Below, piece after piece: positions 1-9,223 of a stretch of 64,000 bases of DNA. A model generated the notes under the pieces. That model ran no database searches, was not told the DNA's origin, and saw only the letters and a program-made list of their open reading frames with translations. Both the position numbers and the translations under genes were made by a program. This DNA comes from Candidatus Spongiisociaceae bacterium (GTDB lineage: Bacteria > Actinomycetota > Acidimicrobiia > Spongiisociales > Spongiisociaceae), in assembly GCA_965219685.1 (NCBI GenBank), contig CBDCOH010000002.1, positions 2,272,001 to 2,336,000 on the forward strand, read 5' to 3'. How positions within the stretch are numbered: the stretch's first letter is position 1; each line of letters opens with the position of its first letter.

Positions 1-1
1 C

Positions 2-211
2 GAACCGGACCGCCTCGCATGGGCGATGCAGCGCCTGTCACGCCAGGCACACGCGGTGATATGGGTGAATCCCCTGGCCGGAGACCCGAAGTTCCAACCG
101 CTGGCCCGTGGACTCGTGGCCGCCCTGCCGTACGTCGACCGGCTGATCGCGGGCCACAACATCGAGGGCTTGGAAGATCTGGCGGAAGCCCTCGCAGGCT
201 GGGCGGCATAG
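2..211 (+). CDS. VWA-domain CoxE-like protein, C-terminal part (5' truncated by window)
   Basis: Open frame from window start; IWVNPLAGDPKFQPLARGLVAALPYVD...GHN resembles the CoxE/VWA C-terminus. Confidence 0.75.
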   Translation, partial: EPDRLAWAMQRLSRQAHAVIWVNPLAGDPKFQPLARGLVAALPYVDRLIAGHNIEGLEDLAEALAGWAA

Positions 212-212
212 G

Positions 213-235
213 GGTAGTTGGTAGTTGGTAGTTGG
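213..235 (+). repeat. Heptamer tandem array (GGTAGTT)x3
   Basis: Read directly; starts 1 nt after the TAG at 209-211. Confidence 0.9.
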
Positions 236-258
236 CAGAATCCTCGTTGTATAGCGCG

Positions 259-392
259 GATCGGGACTCGCGTTCGTGCCGGGAGCGGCTTACAAAGGAC
301 AATGCGAGGGACTCCAAGTCCAAGAACCGGACTCCCACTAGGCACGACCGTGAGTGCCGGACCGCGCGAAGGAGACCGGAAGTGACCCGATC
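259..392. other. Structured intergenic element (candidate ncRNA or MITE)
   Basis: Nested inverted repeats: GATCGGG/CCCGATC; 266-280/341-355; GGGAG/CTCCC; GGACT/AGTCC; CCGG/CCGG. Confidence 0.45.
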
Positions 393-400
393 TAACGTAA

Positions 401-440
401 ACTAGCAACTAGCAACTAGCAACTAGCAACTAGCAACTAG
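401..440 (-). repeat. Heptamer tandem array (ACTAGCA)x5.7 (TAGTTGC on minus strand)
   Basis: Read directly; includes the flotillin stop codon at 437-439. Confidence 0.95.
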
Positions 441-1729
441 CCTTCCTCTCCAGACGGGCCTTCCGTGCTCCGGCGCAGGGAGTCGAGGATGTTCACGCCG
501 GTCGCGGCCTCGATCTGCTCGGTCAACGCCACCAGGGAGGCCGGGAGCTGGGACACCAGACTCGGGATCCCCCCGCCACCGTTCGCCCGGTTCGTCCCGG
601 TGTCCACCACTGCCACGCGGTCGATGTCGACACCTTGCACGGTGGCGACGATCTTGTCGACCAGTTCGGGGAGCATGTTGAGCACCAGCACGTGATGGCC
701 GTCCTCGCCGGCTGCCTGGTACTGGTCGGTCAGGAGCTTGAACACCTCGACCTGGGCTCTGCCGTCCTCGATGATGCTGGCCGCCTCCGCCCGGGCCTGT
801 AGCTGCTGAGCCTCGAGGTCGGCACGAGCCGGCACCACCACCGTGGCCTCGACCCGCCGCTTCTCCAACTCGATCCGCTGCCCTTCCAGTTCCTGGCTGG
901 CCACCACCTTGGCGACCTCCCCGGCCACCAGGGCCTCTTCCTCTCTGGCATTGGAGACGGCTTCCAATTCGGCGGTTCGCACGCGCAATGCGTTCTGTTC
1001 CACCACGATCGCCTTGTCCGCCTCGATTCCTGCAATCTGGCCCACTTGCCGGGCCTTCGCCTCGGCCTGCTCCGCCTCGGCTCTGCGCTCCGCCTCCGCC
1101 ACGCGGGCGTCACGCACCACCTTGGCGGTCAACTGACGGCCCACGGAGGTCAGATACCCGACGTCGTCGGTGACGTTCTGGATCTTCAGTACATCCAACT
1201 CCAGACCCAGGGTCTTGATGTCGTCGTCGGCCTCGTCGATCAACTGCTGGGAGAACTTGAGCCGGTCCTCGTTCACCTCCTCGGGTGACAGCGTGGCCAA
1301 CACACCCCTCAGGTTGGCTTCCAGCGTCTCCTTGGCGATCTGGCCGATCTGGTTGTTGGTCCGACCGAGGAATCGCTCTGCAGCGTTCTCCAGCAACCCT
1401 TCACGGCTCGACACCTTCACGTTGGCGATCCCCGCCACGTTGAGTGGGATGGTCCCCTTCGAGTAGGCATTGGTCACAGCGACTTCGAGAGGGATGGTGT
1501 TGAGGTCCATCCACTGCACCCGCTCGATCACGGGAATACGTATGGTCCGTCCCCCCTGCAGCAGGCGGTAGCCAACCTCGCGTCCGTCGGCCAGCTCGCG
1601 TTTGCGGCCGGAAATGACCGCGACGCGGCTCGGCGGGCAGATCACGATCAGGGATCTGATTATCAGGATCAGAAGGATCAGCGCTAATGCCGCCGCCGCA
1701 CCGACTGCCAACGGAACCCACCACATCAT
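437..1729 (-). CDS. Flotillin/SPFH (band 7) family protein
   Basis: N-terminal TM; SPFH core (TLEANLRGVLATLSPEEVNEDRLKF); AEA-rich coiled coil; NfeD partner upstream. Confidence 0.9.
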   Translation of the reverse strand: MMWWVPLAVGAAAALALILLILIIRSLIVICPPSRVAVISGRKRELADGREVGYRLLQGGRTIRIPVIERVQWMDLNTIPLEVAVTNAYSKGTIPLNVAGIANVKVSSREGLLENAAERFLGRTNNQIGQIAKETLEANLRGVLATLSPEEVNEDRLKFSQQLIDEADDDIKTLGLELDVLKIQNVTDDVGYLTSVGRQLTAKVVRDARVAEAERRAEAEQAEAKARQVGQIAGIEADKAIVVEQNALRVRTAELEAVSNAREEEALVAGEVAKVVASQELEGQRIELEKRRVEATVVVPARADLEAQQLQARAEAASIIEDGRAQVEVFKLLTDQYQAAGEDGHHVLVLNMLPELVDKIVATVQGVDIDRVAVVDTGTNRANGGGGIPSLVSQLPASLVALTEQIEAATGVNILDSLRRSTEGPSGEEG

Positions 1730-2256
1730 CCACTCTCTACTTTCTCTTCTTCGTGTCTTGCTACCAGAGCCACCCCGCCATCGACCTTGCGGATCACCAC
1801 CCGGTCTCCCTTACGGAGGCGATCTGCCCGTGTGGCGGGCATGGCGCTCATCCGCATGCGCTTTCCGGCCGCTTCCACGACTATCTGGCCCCTGCGGCCG
1901 GCCGGCATGCCCAGCACGACAAGACCGGTAGCCCCTTCCAGGTCCCGCTTCCTCACCTCGCTGGACGCCTCGGTCCGTCGCAGCCAGCCGAACAGGGAAT
2001 TGTGGAACGCCACCCCGAGCGCAGCCACCAACAGCGCGATCGCCACTCCAGCGAGAGCGGAAAGGTCCACCCAGGTCGTGATCAGGCCGGATAGTCCGAA
2101 AAGGGTAGCCCCGAAGGACAGGGCGCTGATCGACACCCACGCGAACAGGCCGCTGTCCGAATCGGTCTCGACGTCGAAGTCCCACAGGCCACCGAAGGCG
2201 TTGGCCGCCAGGATGGTCACCCCGATCCCCAGCGCGAGGTAGTACAGAGCCGGTAC
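1726..2256 (-). CDS. NfeD-like membrane protein with C-terminal OB fold
   Basis: TM helices then G..G.V...G+I.V...GDRVVI OB-fold pattern; overlaps flotillin start. Start uncertain (2220 GTG, or 2256 GTA after AGGAG). Confidence 0.8.
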   Translation of the reverse strand, partial: VPALYYLALGIGVTILAANAFGGLWDFDVETDSDSGLFAWVSISALSFGATLFGLSGLITTWVDLSALAGVAIALLVAALGVAFHNSLFGWLRRTEASSEVRKRDLEGATGLVVLGMPAGRRGQIVVEAAGKRMRMSAMPATRADRLRKGDRVVIRKVDGGVALVARHEEEKVESG

Positions 2257-2395
2257 GGTCGCTCCTGACGTAGGGTTGCGCGACCCAGACTAGCGATCCG
2301 GCGATATTGCGGGCGATAGGGGAACCGGGCACCACCGCTGCGGCCGTCGCCGAGCGGTCCCGGCGGCCACACCGTCGTCGAGACCCGGCTCCAGC

Positions 2396-3682
2396 TCAGA
2401 GGATGCCGAGCAGATCCTCCAGAGCGTCCACGAGGCCGTAGCGTTCCGCCGGCGTCATCGCGGTCGACAGGCAGCCCATCCCGCGGGGGGCTAGGAAGTA
2501 ACCCCGGTTCATGAGACCGAGGTGCAGGAACTCGGTCAGCTCGGGATCGGCCCGTCCAACGGCGCCGCTATCGGTGATCGGCTCGTCGGTGGCGTGGAGG
2601 TTGAACAGGGATCCGACACAGGTCACTCCGCCCGGCAGGCCGGAGGCCTCCATGACCTTGCCTAGGCGTTCCACCAACCGACGCCCGTTCCCATTCAGTT
2701 CGTCTATTACGGGCGGCGTCAGTGCCTCCAGCGTCTCGATCCCGGCCGCGGCGCTGACCGGGTTCCCGTTGAAGGTGCCGCCCCAGCGGATGGTCCCACG
2801 GGAGGGATGGAGCAACGCCATGACATCCTCCCGGCCCCCGAATCCGCCGATCGGGAAGCCGCCGCCGATGATCTTGCCGAAGGTGGTCAGGTCCGGAGTG
2901 ACACCGTAAGTGGCCTGGGCACCTCCCTCATGCAGTCGGAAGGTGATGATCTCGTCGAGGATGAGCAGCGCGCCGGCTTCGGCCGTCGCCCGCCTCAGGA
3001 AGTCGAGAAAAACCTGATCGGCCGCTATGACCCCGCCGGCGCCCTGTACCGGCTCGACGATCACGGCGGCCAGGGAGTCGCCGACCTGTCCGATCACCTT
3101 CTCGCAGCCGGGTATGTCGTTGAACGGGAGGGTGACCACCACGTCGCCGATCACGTCCGGTATCCCCGCCCCCGGCGTGGCCGTGTAGTCGTGCGTGCCG
3201 TGGTAGCTGCCCTCGAACCGGGCCACGACCGGCCGTCCGGTGAAAGCCCTCGCCAGGCGCATCGCAGCCATCGTGGCCTCGGTTCCGGAGTTCGTGAAGC
3301 GGACCTGGTCGACGGAGGCGACCCGCTCGACAAGCACTTCGGCCAGTCGAACTTCGTGTTCGGTAGGCGACGAGAACGCGGTGCCGCGGGCGGCAACCGA
3401 CCGAGCACGGGCCACAACGTCGGGATGGGCATGGCCCAGTATGAGCGACGTGTAGTTGTTCAGGTAGTCCACCCGCCGGTTGCCGTCGACATCCACGATC
3501 TCCGATCCCTCTCCGGAGACCAGGACGGGAGGGAAAGGGGCGAAGAAGGTGGTGGTACGGGTGGTACCCCCGGGGAGCACCACCGACGCCCGCTCGGCCA
3601 TCTCCATCGATCGGGGGTTTCGCGCCAGGTACTCCTTGCTGACCCGGCGTAGCGGTTCTGTGTAGACGGATACCGGCGGCAC
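2396..3682 (-). CDS. Class III PLP aminotransferase (glutamate-1-semialdehyde aminomutase-like)
   Basis: FTNSGTEA, FEGSYHG, LILDEIITFR, TTFGKIIGGG, GTFNGNP motifs. Confidence 0.9.
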   Translation of the reverse strand: MPPVSVYTEPLRRVSKEYLARNPRSMEMAERASVVLPGGTTRTTTFFAPFPPVLVSGEGSEIVDVDGNRRVDYLNNYTSLILGHAHPDVVARARSVAARGTAFSSPTEHEVRLAEVLVERVASVDQVRFTNSGTEATMAAMRLARAFTGRPVVARFEGSYHGTHDYTATPGAGIPDVIGDVVVTLPFNDIPGCEKVIGQVGDSLAAVIVEPVQGAGGVIAADQVFLDFLRRATAEAGALLILDEIITFRLHEGGAQATYGVTPDLTTFGKIIGGGFPIGGFGGREDVMALLHPSRGTIRWGGTFNGNPVSAAAGIETLEALTPPVIDELNGNGRRLVERLGKVMEASGLPGGVTCVGSLFNLHATDEPITDSGAVGRADPELTEFLHLGLMNRGYFLAPRGMGCLSTAMTPAERYGLVDALEDLLGIL

Positions 3683-3722
3683 GTTTCTCCTCAGGTAAGG
3701 CTGAGACGGAGCCTACCGCGGG

Positions 3723-3821
3723 TGGTGAGTGGTGAGTGGTGAATGGTGAATGGTGAGTAGTGAGTGGTGAATGGTGAATGGTGAATGGTGCCACCAACTA
3801 ACAACTAGCAACTAGCAACTA
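3723..3821. repeat. Paired heptamer arrays: (TGGTGAR)x~10 then (CAACTAG)x~4
   Basis: Read directly at 3723-3790 and 3795-3821; the second includes the stop codon of the nuclease gene. Confidence 0.95.
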
Positions 3822-5336
3822 TGGGAGGCTCTCGCATGCCTCCCCGTCGCCGTCGGCGTCTAGGCGGGCTACGTCGCCGTAATGCGGGAAGTAGGTGTCG
3901 AACCACTCCTGGGCCTCGGCCTGGGTGGAGAAGTCACTGCAGTTGCGGGTGTTCCCCGGATTGGGAGGCACGGTGCTCGACGGCGGGCCGGTCGAGCCGC
4001 CGGGAGCGTCGAGGGCCGGCGGATCCAGGGTGGGCGTATCGAGCACCGGGAATCCCAGTACAGGCATCCGGATGTCGAGGGTCGTCCCGGCGCACTGTCC
4101 GGCCAGCAGCCCGCGCAGGAAGTCGGATTCTCGCCGGTCCACGGTCAGGCCCCATCTGGCCTTGGTGGCGACCCACGCGCTCAGGTAGTGACAGGTGAAG
4201 TCGTCGTTGGGAGGCATCCACTCGGCTGGATCCCGAGCCCCTTTCGACCTGTTCGAGCCGGAGGTCACCACCACTAGCGCGCCCTCGTCGTTGGCGAATT
4301 CCTCCCGGCGGCCGGGGCTCCAGCTGTGGGCTCCCGAGTCCCACGCCTCCGCCAGCGGCACGAGGTGATCGATGTCCAGCGACGACGGAGCCTGCACCCA
4401 GCGGTCGTCGTAATAGGAGTACCAGAGGCCGGAGACGATCCAGCAAGTGCGGTTGGGATCCCTGACCGGCTCGACCCGCGAGTCCCTGATGAGAACCTCC
4501 CGCCGGGTGTCACAACCGTCACGGTCCAGGTCGCTCCAGTGGTCGAAGAGGTCGCGGTCGTAGCCGGAGCGACGCTCGGCCGCCACGACAAGTTCGCCGA
4601 GAACCTCGATGGCGAGGTCGGCCTCCTCCGGAGCGCCCTGCGGTGGCACATCCTCCGTCGGCGTTTCGGAACCGAGCGCGGGCGGGCTCGGTGGAAGGCC
4701 CCGCCCCGAGAGGTTGTGCCACAGTCCTATCATGTAGACAGCCATCTGGGCCCGGGTCACGCGTACCGAACTGCGGCCTTCCGTCGCGGCGGGTATCACG
4801 TTGCGAGCCTCCAGGCAGGTGACCGCCTTGTCGAGTTCGTCTTCACGATCCGGGCAGGTCTCCCCTGCCTTCTCGTACGTCCGCAGCAGGAACCTGGATA
4901 TCTGCGACGCGGTGAGCTTGGACTCCGGACCGTAGGTCGTGGTGGTGACTCCTTTGGTTATCTCGAGCCAGTAAAGACAGTCGATGTCGGCTGCGTGGAT
5001 GCTGCCGCCTGCAACGTCGGTGAACGGCGCTCGGCCCTCAGGACATCGCCGGTCGAAGACGTCCCTCCATAGACGCACCAGGAAGGAGGCCATCTGAGCG
5101 CGGGTGAGCTCCGAATCGGGCCCGTACTCCCCTTCCGCCCGTCCCAGGGACAGGCCCAGTGCCCTCATGCAACGGATGTACTCGGCCCCGTAGTCGCGGG
5201 CCTCGACATCGGTGAACTGCTCGGTGGAAGCGCTGTCACAGAGGTCACCTGTTTGGGCATCGACCTGGGCCGGGCGGTTAACGAACAGGATCGCGCCCAC
5301 AACAACGATCGCAAGTATGGATCCAGCGAGCTTCAC
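3819..5336 (-). CDS. Secreted SLH-like + HNH (DUF1524-type) nuclease + Excalibur Ca-binding domain protein
   Basis: Signal peptide; FTDV...TRAQMA SLH-like repeats; GCDTRREVL, DIDHLVPLAEAWDSGA, NRSKG; C-terminal NCSDF...LDADGDGEACE. Confidence 0.8.
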   Translation of the reverse strand: MKLAGSILAIVVVGAILFVNRPAQVDAQTGDLCDSASTEQFTDVEARDYGAEYIRCMRALGLSLGRAEGEYGPDSELTRAQMASFLVRLWRDVFDRRCPEGRAPFTDVAGGSIHAADIDCLYWLEITKGVTTTTYGPESKLTASQISRFLLRTYEKAGETCPDREDELDKAVTCLEARNVIPAATEGRSSVRVTRAQMAVYMIGLWHNLSGRGLPPSPPALGSETPTEDVPPQGAPEEADLAIEVLGELVVAAERRSGYDRDLFDHWSDLDRDGCDTRREVLIRDSRVEPVRDPNRTCWIVSGLWYSYYDDRWVQAPSSLDIDHLVPLAEAWDSGAHSWSPGRREEFANDEGALVVVTSGSNRSKGARDPAEWMPPNDDFTCHYLSAWVATKARWGLTVDRRESDFLRGLLAGQCAGTTLDIRMPVLGFPVLDTPTLDPPALDAPGGSTGPPSSTVPPNPGNTRNCSDFSTQAEAQEWFDTYFPHYGDVARLDADGDGEACESLP

Positions 5337-5433
5337 CGCGTCCTGGCCACCTCCCGAACACCACTCTAACCAGGGGTTTCAGCTCCTTATGCGTAGAGTT
5401 CCGGCGGACTCGACCGAGTGCAGGAGAGAGGGA

Positions 5434-5478
5434 AATTACATAGCTATAATTGCTATGTTCAAATGGCTATTATAGCTA
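5434..5478. promoter_or_regulatory. AT-rich operator region: McdR-like box (1 mismatch) and TAGCTATAAT/ATTATAGCTA inverted repeat
   Basis: AATTACATAGCTATAATT at 5434-5451; IR arms 5441-5450 and 5469-5478 upstream of vapB. Confidence 0.55.
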
Positions 5479-5511
5479 CAAATGGACCTGCCAGGTTGAA
5501 ACGGAGTACGT

Positions 5512-5844
5512 ATGCTGACCGCGAGTGTCTCACAGGTAAAGAACGGACTCAGTGCCTATCTACGCCGGGTGAAGGCAGGTGAGACCGTCCTGATAATGGA
5601 CCGCAAGACCCCGGTGGCCCGCATCGTCCCGCTGTCGGATCGGACAGGGCTGTCGTCGGCATCGAGCCTCGACGACCAGGCTCGGATCGAGCGACTGATC
5701 GCCGACGGTTTGGCTACCCGGGAACGTGACGTGGGTGCTTCGGAGGCGCTCCGCGAACTGAACGAGTCGTGGCCTGCCGGTCACGGTCTGCTCCAGGCGC
5801 TACTCGATGACCGAGATGCCGACTATCGCGAGGGCCGTCGTTGA
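5512..5844 (+). CDS. vapB: Phd/YefM-family antitoxin
   Basis: SVSQVKNGLSAYLRRVKAGETVLIMDRKTPVARIVP; overlaps PIN gene by 4 nt. Confidence 0.88.
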   Translation: MLTASVSQVKNGLSAYLRRVKAGETVLIMDRKTPVARIVPLSDRTGLSSASSLDDQARIERLIADGLATRERDVGASEALRELNESWPAGHGLLQALLDDRDADYREGRR

Positions 5845-6266
5845 GGTTCTGGGACACGTCCGGGGTGGTAGCACTGCCTTGCGACGAGGTCCACTCACCC
5901 CTCGCGCGTTCGATTCTCCTGGACGATGACCGGATGGTCGTATGGTGGGGAGCCCCTGTGGAGTTCGTGAGTGCGCTCGCACGCCAGGAACGAGCGGGCA
6001 ACCTCACGCCCAGAGAGTTGTCCGACCATCTCCGGTACCTGAGGGCGCTGTCGCGAGGATGGGTGGAGATACAGCCGAATACGGTCCTGAGAAGGCTTGC
6101 CCAGCGGCTGCTCAGATCGCATCCGCTGCAGGCGGCGGACGCGTTGCAGTTGGCAGCCGCTCTGACCGCGGCCCAGGGTGACCCCACGACCCTGGGGTTC
6201 GTCTGCTTCGACAAACGGCTCAACGAAGCCGCGCAACGCGAGGGCCTCGAAGTCCTCGCCGGGTAG
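5841..6266 (+). CDS. vapC: PIN-domain toxin
   Basis: FWDTSG, E..SAL, ADALQLAAAL, FVCFDKRL PIN motifs. Confidence 0.9.
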   Translation: MRFWDTSGVVALPCDEVHSPLARSILLDDDRMVVWWGAPVEFVSALARQERAGNLTPRELSDHLRYLRALSRGWVEIQPNTVLRRLAQRLLRSHPLQAADALQLAAALTAAQGDPTTLGFVCFDKRLNEAAQREGLEVLAG

Positions 6267-6435
6267 TCGAGATCGCAGCGGACCTCGCGGACCGGAGTGT
6301 CCTGGACCGGGCGCCCTCCGGGTCGCGATTGGTCGCTCCGATCGTTAGGTTCTCCGGGGCCCGATACGGATGGCCGGACGCGGCCCCTGTAGAGTGTTCT
6401 ATCGGTCCGATCTGCTGAGGAAGGATGGTCATCCG

Positions 6436-7458
6436 ATGACCGGTGGCCGCGTGGGCATGTGTTTCCTGGATCGACCCGATCCCAGGCGACAGGTAGCGCT
6501 CTCCATCTGGATGGAAGAACTCGGTTACGACTCCGTATGGGTGTGCGAAACGCGCACCGCCAGGGATGCCGTCTCCGTCATGGGCGCCATCGCCTACGCC
6601 ACCCAGCGCATCAAGGTGGGTAGCGGTGTGGTCAACTCGTGGACCCGGCCTGCGTCACTCATGGCGCTCACATTCGCCACGCTGGACGAGTTGGCGCCGG
6701 ACCGGATGCTCCTCGGGATCGGCGCCTACTGGGACCCACTGGCCTGGAAGCAGGGAATCGACCGGCGCAGGCCTGTGAAGCAGATGCGGGAGTACATCGA
6801 GGTGACCCGCCGCCTACTGGCCCTGGAGACGGTGAATTTCGAGGGAGAGTTGGTAGCGGTGCGGGATCTCAGGTTGGACCTCGGCCATGGCGTGGCCCGC
6901 ACACCCAAGCGCGTACCGATCTACGTGGGCGCCACCGGGCCGCAGATGCTCGCTCTGTCGGGCGAGCTGGCGGACGGGGTGATGCTCAACGGCTTCACGT
7001 CCCTCACCTACCTGGCCGACGCCCTCCGGCACATCGAGCGGGGGGCCGTGAGGAGCGGACGGCGGGTGGATGACCTCGACCTTCCCCAGACCATCGTGAT
7101 CGCCATGGACGAGGACGAGGAGAAAGCCCTCGAAGTCGCCACCCGGATGACCACCATGTACCTGGGGCAGCAACCCCACATCGCCCGGGCCAGCGGGGTC
7201 GACCAGGACCTGCTGGACCGCGTCCGTGAGGCCATGGGAGGCTGGCCCCCGAGGGAGGGCGGAATCGCATCGGCGATGCAGCTGGTGCCCGCAGAAGTGG
7301 TGCGGTCCCTTACCGCGGCCGGGACGCCGGAGCAGTGTCTGGAGCAGGTCGCCGCCTACTCGATCCGACCCAACATCTCCCCTGCCCTCCTCCCGATCAC
7401 CGAGAACTACGAGGAGATCATCGAGGTGTTCGCCCCGCGCGGGTATCCCGGGTCCTAG
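6436..7458 (+). CDS. LLM-class flavin/F420-dependent oxidoreductase (Mer-like)
   Basis: GYDSVWVCE, IKVGSGVVN, PIYVGATGPQMLALSGELADGV. Confidence 0.88.
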   Translation: MTGGRVGMCFLDRPDPRRQVALSIWMEELGYDSVWVCETRTARDAVSVMGAIAYATQRIKVGSGVVNSWTRPASLMALTFATLDELAPDRMLLGIGAYWDPLAWKQGIDRRRPVKQMREYIEVTRRLLALETVNFEGELVAVRDLRLDLGHGVARTPKRVPIYVGATGPQMLALSGELADGVMLNGFTSLTYLADALRHIERGAVRSGRRVDDLDLPQTIVIAMDEDEEKALEVATRMTTMYLGQQPHIARASGVDQDLLDRVREAMGGWPPREGGIASAMQLVPAEVVRSLTAAGTPEQCLEQVAAYSIRPNISPALLPITENYEEIIEVFAPRGYPGS

Positions 7459-7471
7459 ATGATTGGTTTTG

Positions 7472-7492
7472 GGTGCTAGGTGCTAGGTGCTT
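7472..7492 (+). repeat. Heptamer array (GGTGCTA)x3
   Basis: Read directly, downstream of the LLM stop. Confidence 0.8.
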
Positions 7493-7535
7493 ACTGTCGG
7501 GGTGATCGCTCCCTGCCGATCGCGATCGCTTGGGA

Positions 7536-8318
7536 TCAGCCCGCCGTCCACCCGTCCGCCAGCCACCCTCCGTCGACAACCACCGTCTCGCCGGTTATGT
7601 AGCTCGCCGAGTCTCCCGCCAGGAACAGCACCGCGTTGGCCGTCTCGGACGGGATGGCGAACCTCTTCATCACGATCTGGTCGCGGATCGACTCCAGCAG
7701 ATCACGGTTGGCCGGGTCGGTCCGGAGTTCGTGGTTCATCGAGGATTCGGTCCAGCCCGGGGCCACCGAGTTGGCCCGGATGCCGAACTCGGCCCACTCC
7801 ACCGCCATCACCTTGGTGAGCGCGATCACGCCGGCCTTGGCGGCCGAGTAGGCACCGATGCTGGCGAACGCCACCGGACCGGCGATCGAGGAGATGTTGA
7901 CGATCGAACCCGAACGCTGTTCGATCATCGAGGTGACCGCCGCCCGGGACATATAGAAGACCGACGACAGGTTGGCCTCGATCGCCACCCGCCATTCGTC
8001 CATGTCGAGGGTGTCCAGCCGGCTAAAGTTCTGGCGGCGGCCGGCGTTGTTGACCAGTATGTCGAGACCGCCGAGATCGGAACGCACCTGATCGAGGGCC
8101 GACACAGCCTGCTCGGGGTCGGTCACGTCACAGGTCACGGCCAAGTGGGTGCCGGCCTCACCCTCCAGCATGTCCACCGTACGCGCCAGGTCATCGGCGG
8201 TCCGTGCCAGGGCGGCCACCCGCGCGCCCTCCGCGGCGAACGCCTGCGCTATCCCCCGCCCGATCCCGCGGCTGGCGCCGGTAACCACCGCCACCTTGTC
8301 TCTCAGACCCAGGTCCAT
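7536..8318 (-). CDS. Short-chain dehydrogenase/reductase
   Basis: TGASRGIG, NNAG, YSAAK. Confidence 0.93.
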   Translation of the reverse strand: MDLGLRDKVAVVTGASRGIGRGIAQAFAAEGARVAALARTADDLARTVDMLEGEAGTHLAVTCDVTDPEQAVSALDQVRSDLGGLDILVNNAGRRQNFSRLDTLDMDEWRVAIEANLSSVFYMSRAAVTSMIEQRSGSIVNISSIAGPVAFASIGAYSAAKAGVIALTKVMAVEWAEFGIRANSVAPGWTESSMNHELRTDPANRDLLESIRDQIVMKRFAIPSETANAVLFLAGDSASYITGETVVVDGGWLADGWTAG

Positions 8319-8343
8319 CGGTTCGCTCCTTGCTCGGAAGTTG

Positions 8344-9180
8344 TCAGGTACTCAGTTGCCCGTACAGGTCGGGCCGGCGGTCGCGGAAGAAGCCCCAGTC
8401 GTTCCGGATGCCGGGGATGACCGACAGGTCGAGATCGGCGACCAGCACCTCGTCCTCTGTGTCACTCGCCTGCGAGATGATCCGCCCCTTGGGGTCCACC
8501 CACATCGACGATCCGTAGAAGTGCGACTCGGAACCTCCCTGGTCGACCCCGACCCGGTTGACGCCGCCCACGTAGTAGATGTTGTCCACCGCGTGGGCCT
8601 GGAGTTCGAGCTCCCACAGGTAGCGGCTCATGCCGGTGGTGGCCGTGGGCACGTAGACGATCTGGGCGCCGTTGAGGGCCAGCGTACGAGCCGCCTCGGG
8701 GAAGTGGCGGTCGTAGCAGATCAGGATCCCGATCGTCACGTCGAAGGGGGTCGGGAAGGTGATGAACCCGGTGTCGCCCGGAGCGAAGTAGTACTTCTCC
8801 ACCCCGGTCAGGGTGGGTACCGAAACGATCGGGATATGGCTCTTGCGGTAGACGCCGAGGAGGTCGCCGTCCGGTCCGATCACCGGGGCGCTGTTGTACA
8901 GGAGGCCGTCGAGCGCCTTCTCGTAGATCGGTGCGATCAGCACGATCCCCATCTCACGGGCCAGCTCGCGCATGCGTTCCATCGTGGGGCCGTCGATCGG
9001 TTCGGCCAGATCGAGATGGCGGGCGTTCATCTCGTAGGGGAAGTAAACGGTGTTGAACAACTCCTGGAGGCAGACGATCCGCGCCCCGCGGTCCGCCGCC
9101 TCACGGACCAGGTGCTCCGCCCTCTTGACGTTGCTGTCCGTGTCGTACTCCGTTCCCATCTGCACGAGTGCGGTTCTCAC
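8344..9180 (-). CDS. Carbon-nitrogen hydrolase (beta-ureidopropionase/N-carbamoylase-like)
   Basis: E-K-C triad: CLQELF, YRKSHIP, ICYDRHFPE. Confidence 0.88.
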   Translation of the reverse strand: MRTALVQMGTEYDTDSNVKRAEHLVREAADRGARIVCLQELFNTVYFPYEMNARHLDLAEPIDGPTMERMRELAREMGIVLIAPIYEKALDGLLYNSAPVIGPDGDLLGVYRKSHIPIVSVPTLTGVEKYYFAPGDTGFITFPTPFDVTIGILICYDRHFPEAARTLALNGAQIVYVPTATTGMSRYLWELELQAHAVDNIYYVGGVNRVGVDQGGSESHFYGSSMWVDPKGRIISQASDTEDEVLVADLDLSVIPGIRNDWGFFRDRRPDLYGQLST

Positions 9181-9223
9181 GATCGCGGATCTCCTTCCAT
9201 GGTGGTGTTCCTGGCCTCGCTCA

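Noticed and set aside
3723-3821. CRISPR array (here and at the other repeat tracts)
   Set aside because: Units are 7 bp in tandem with no unique spacers, and there are no cas genes.
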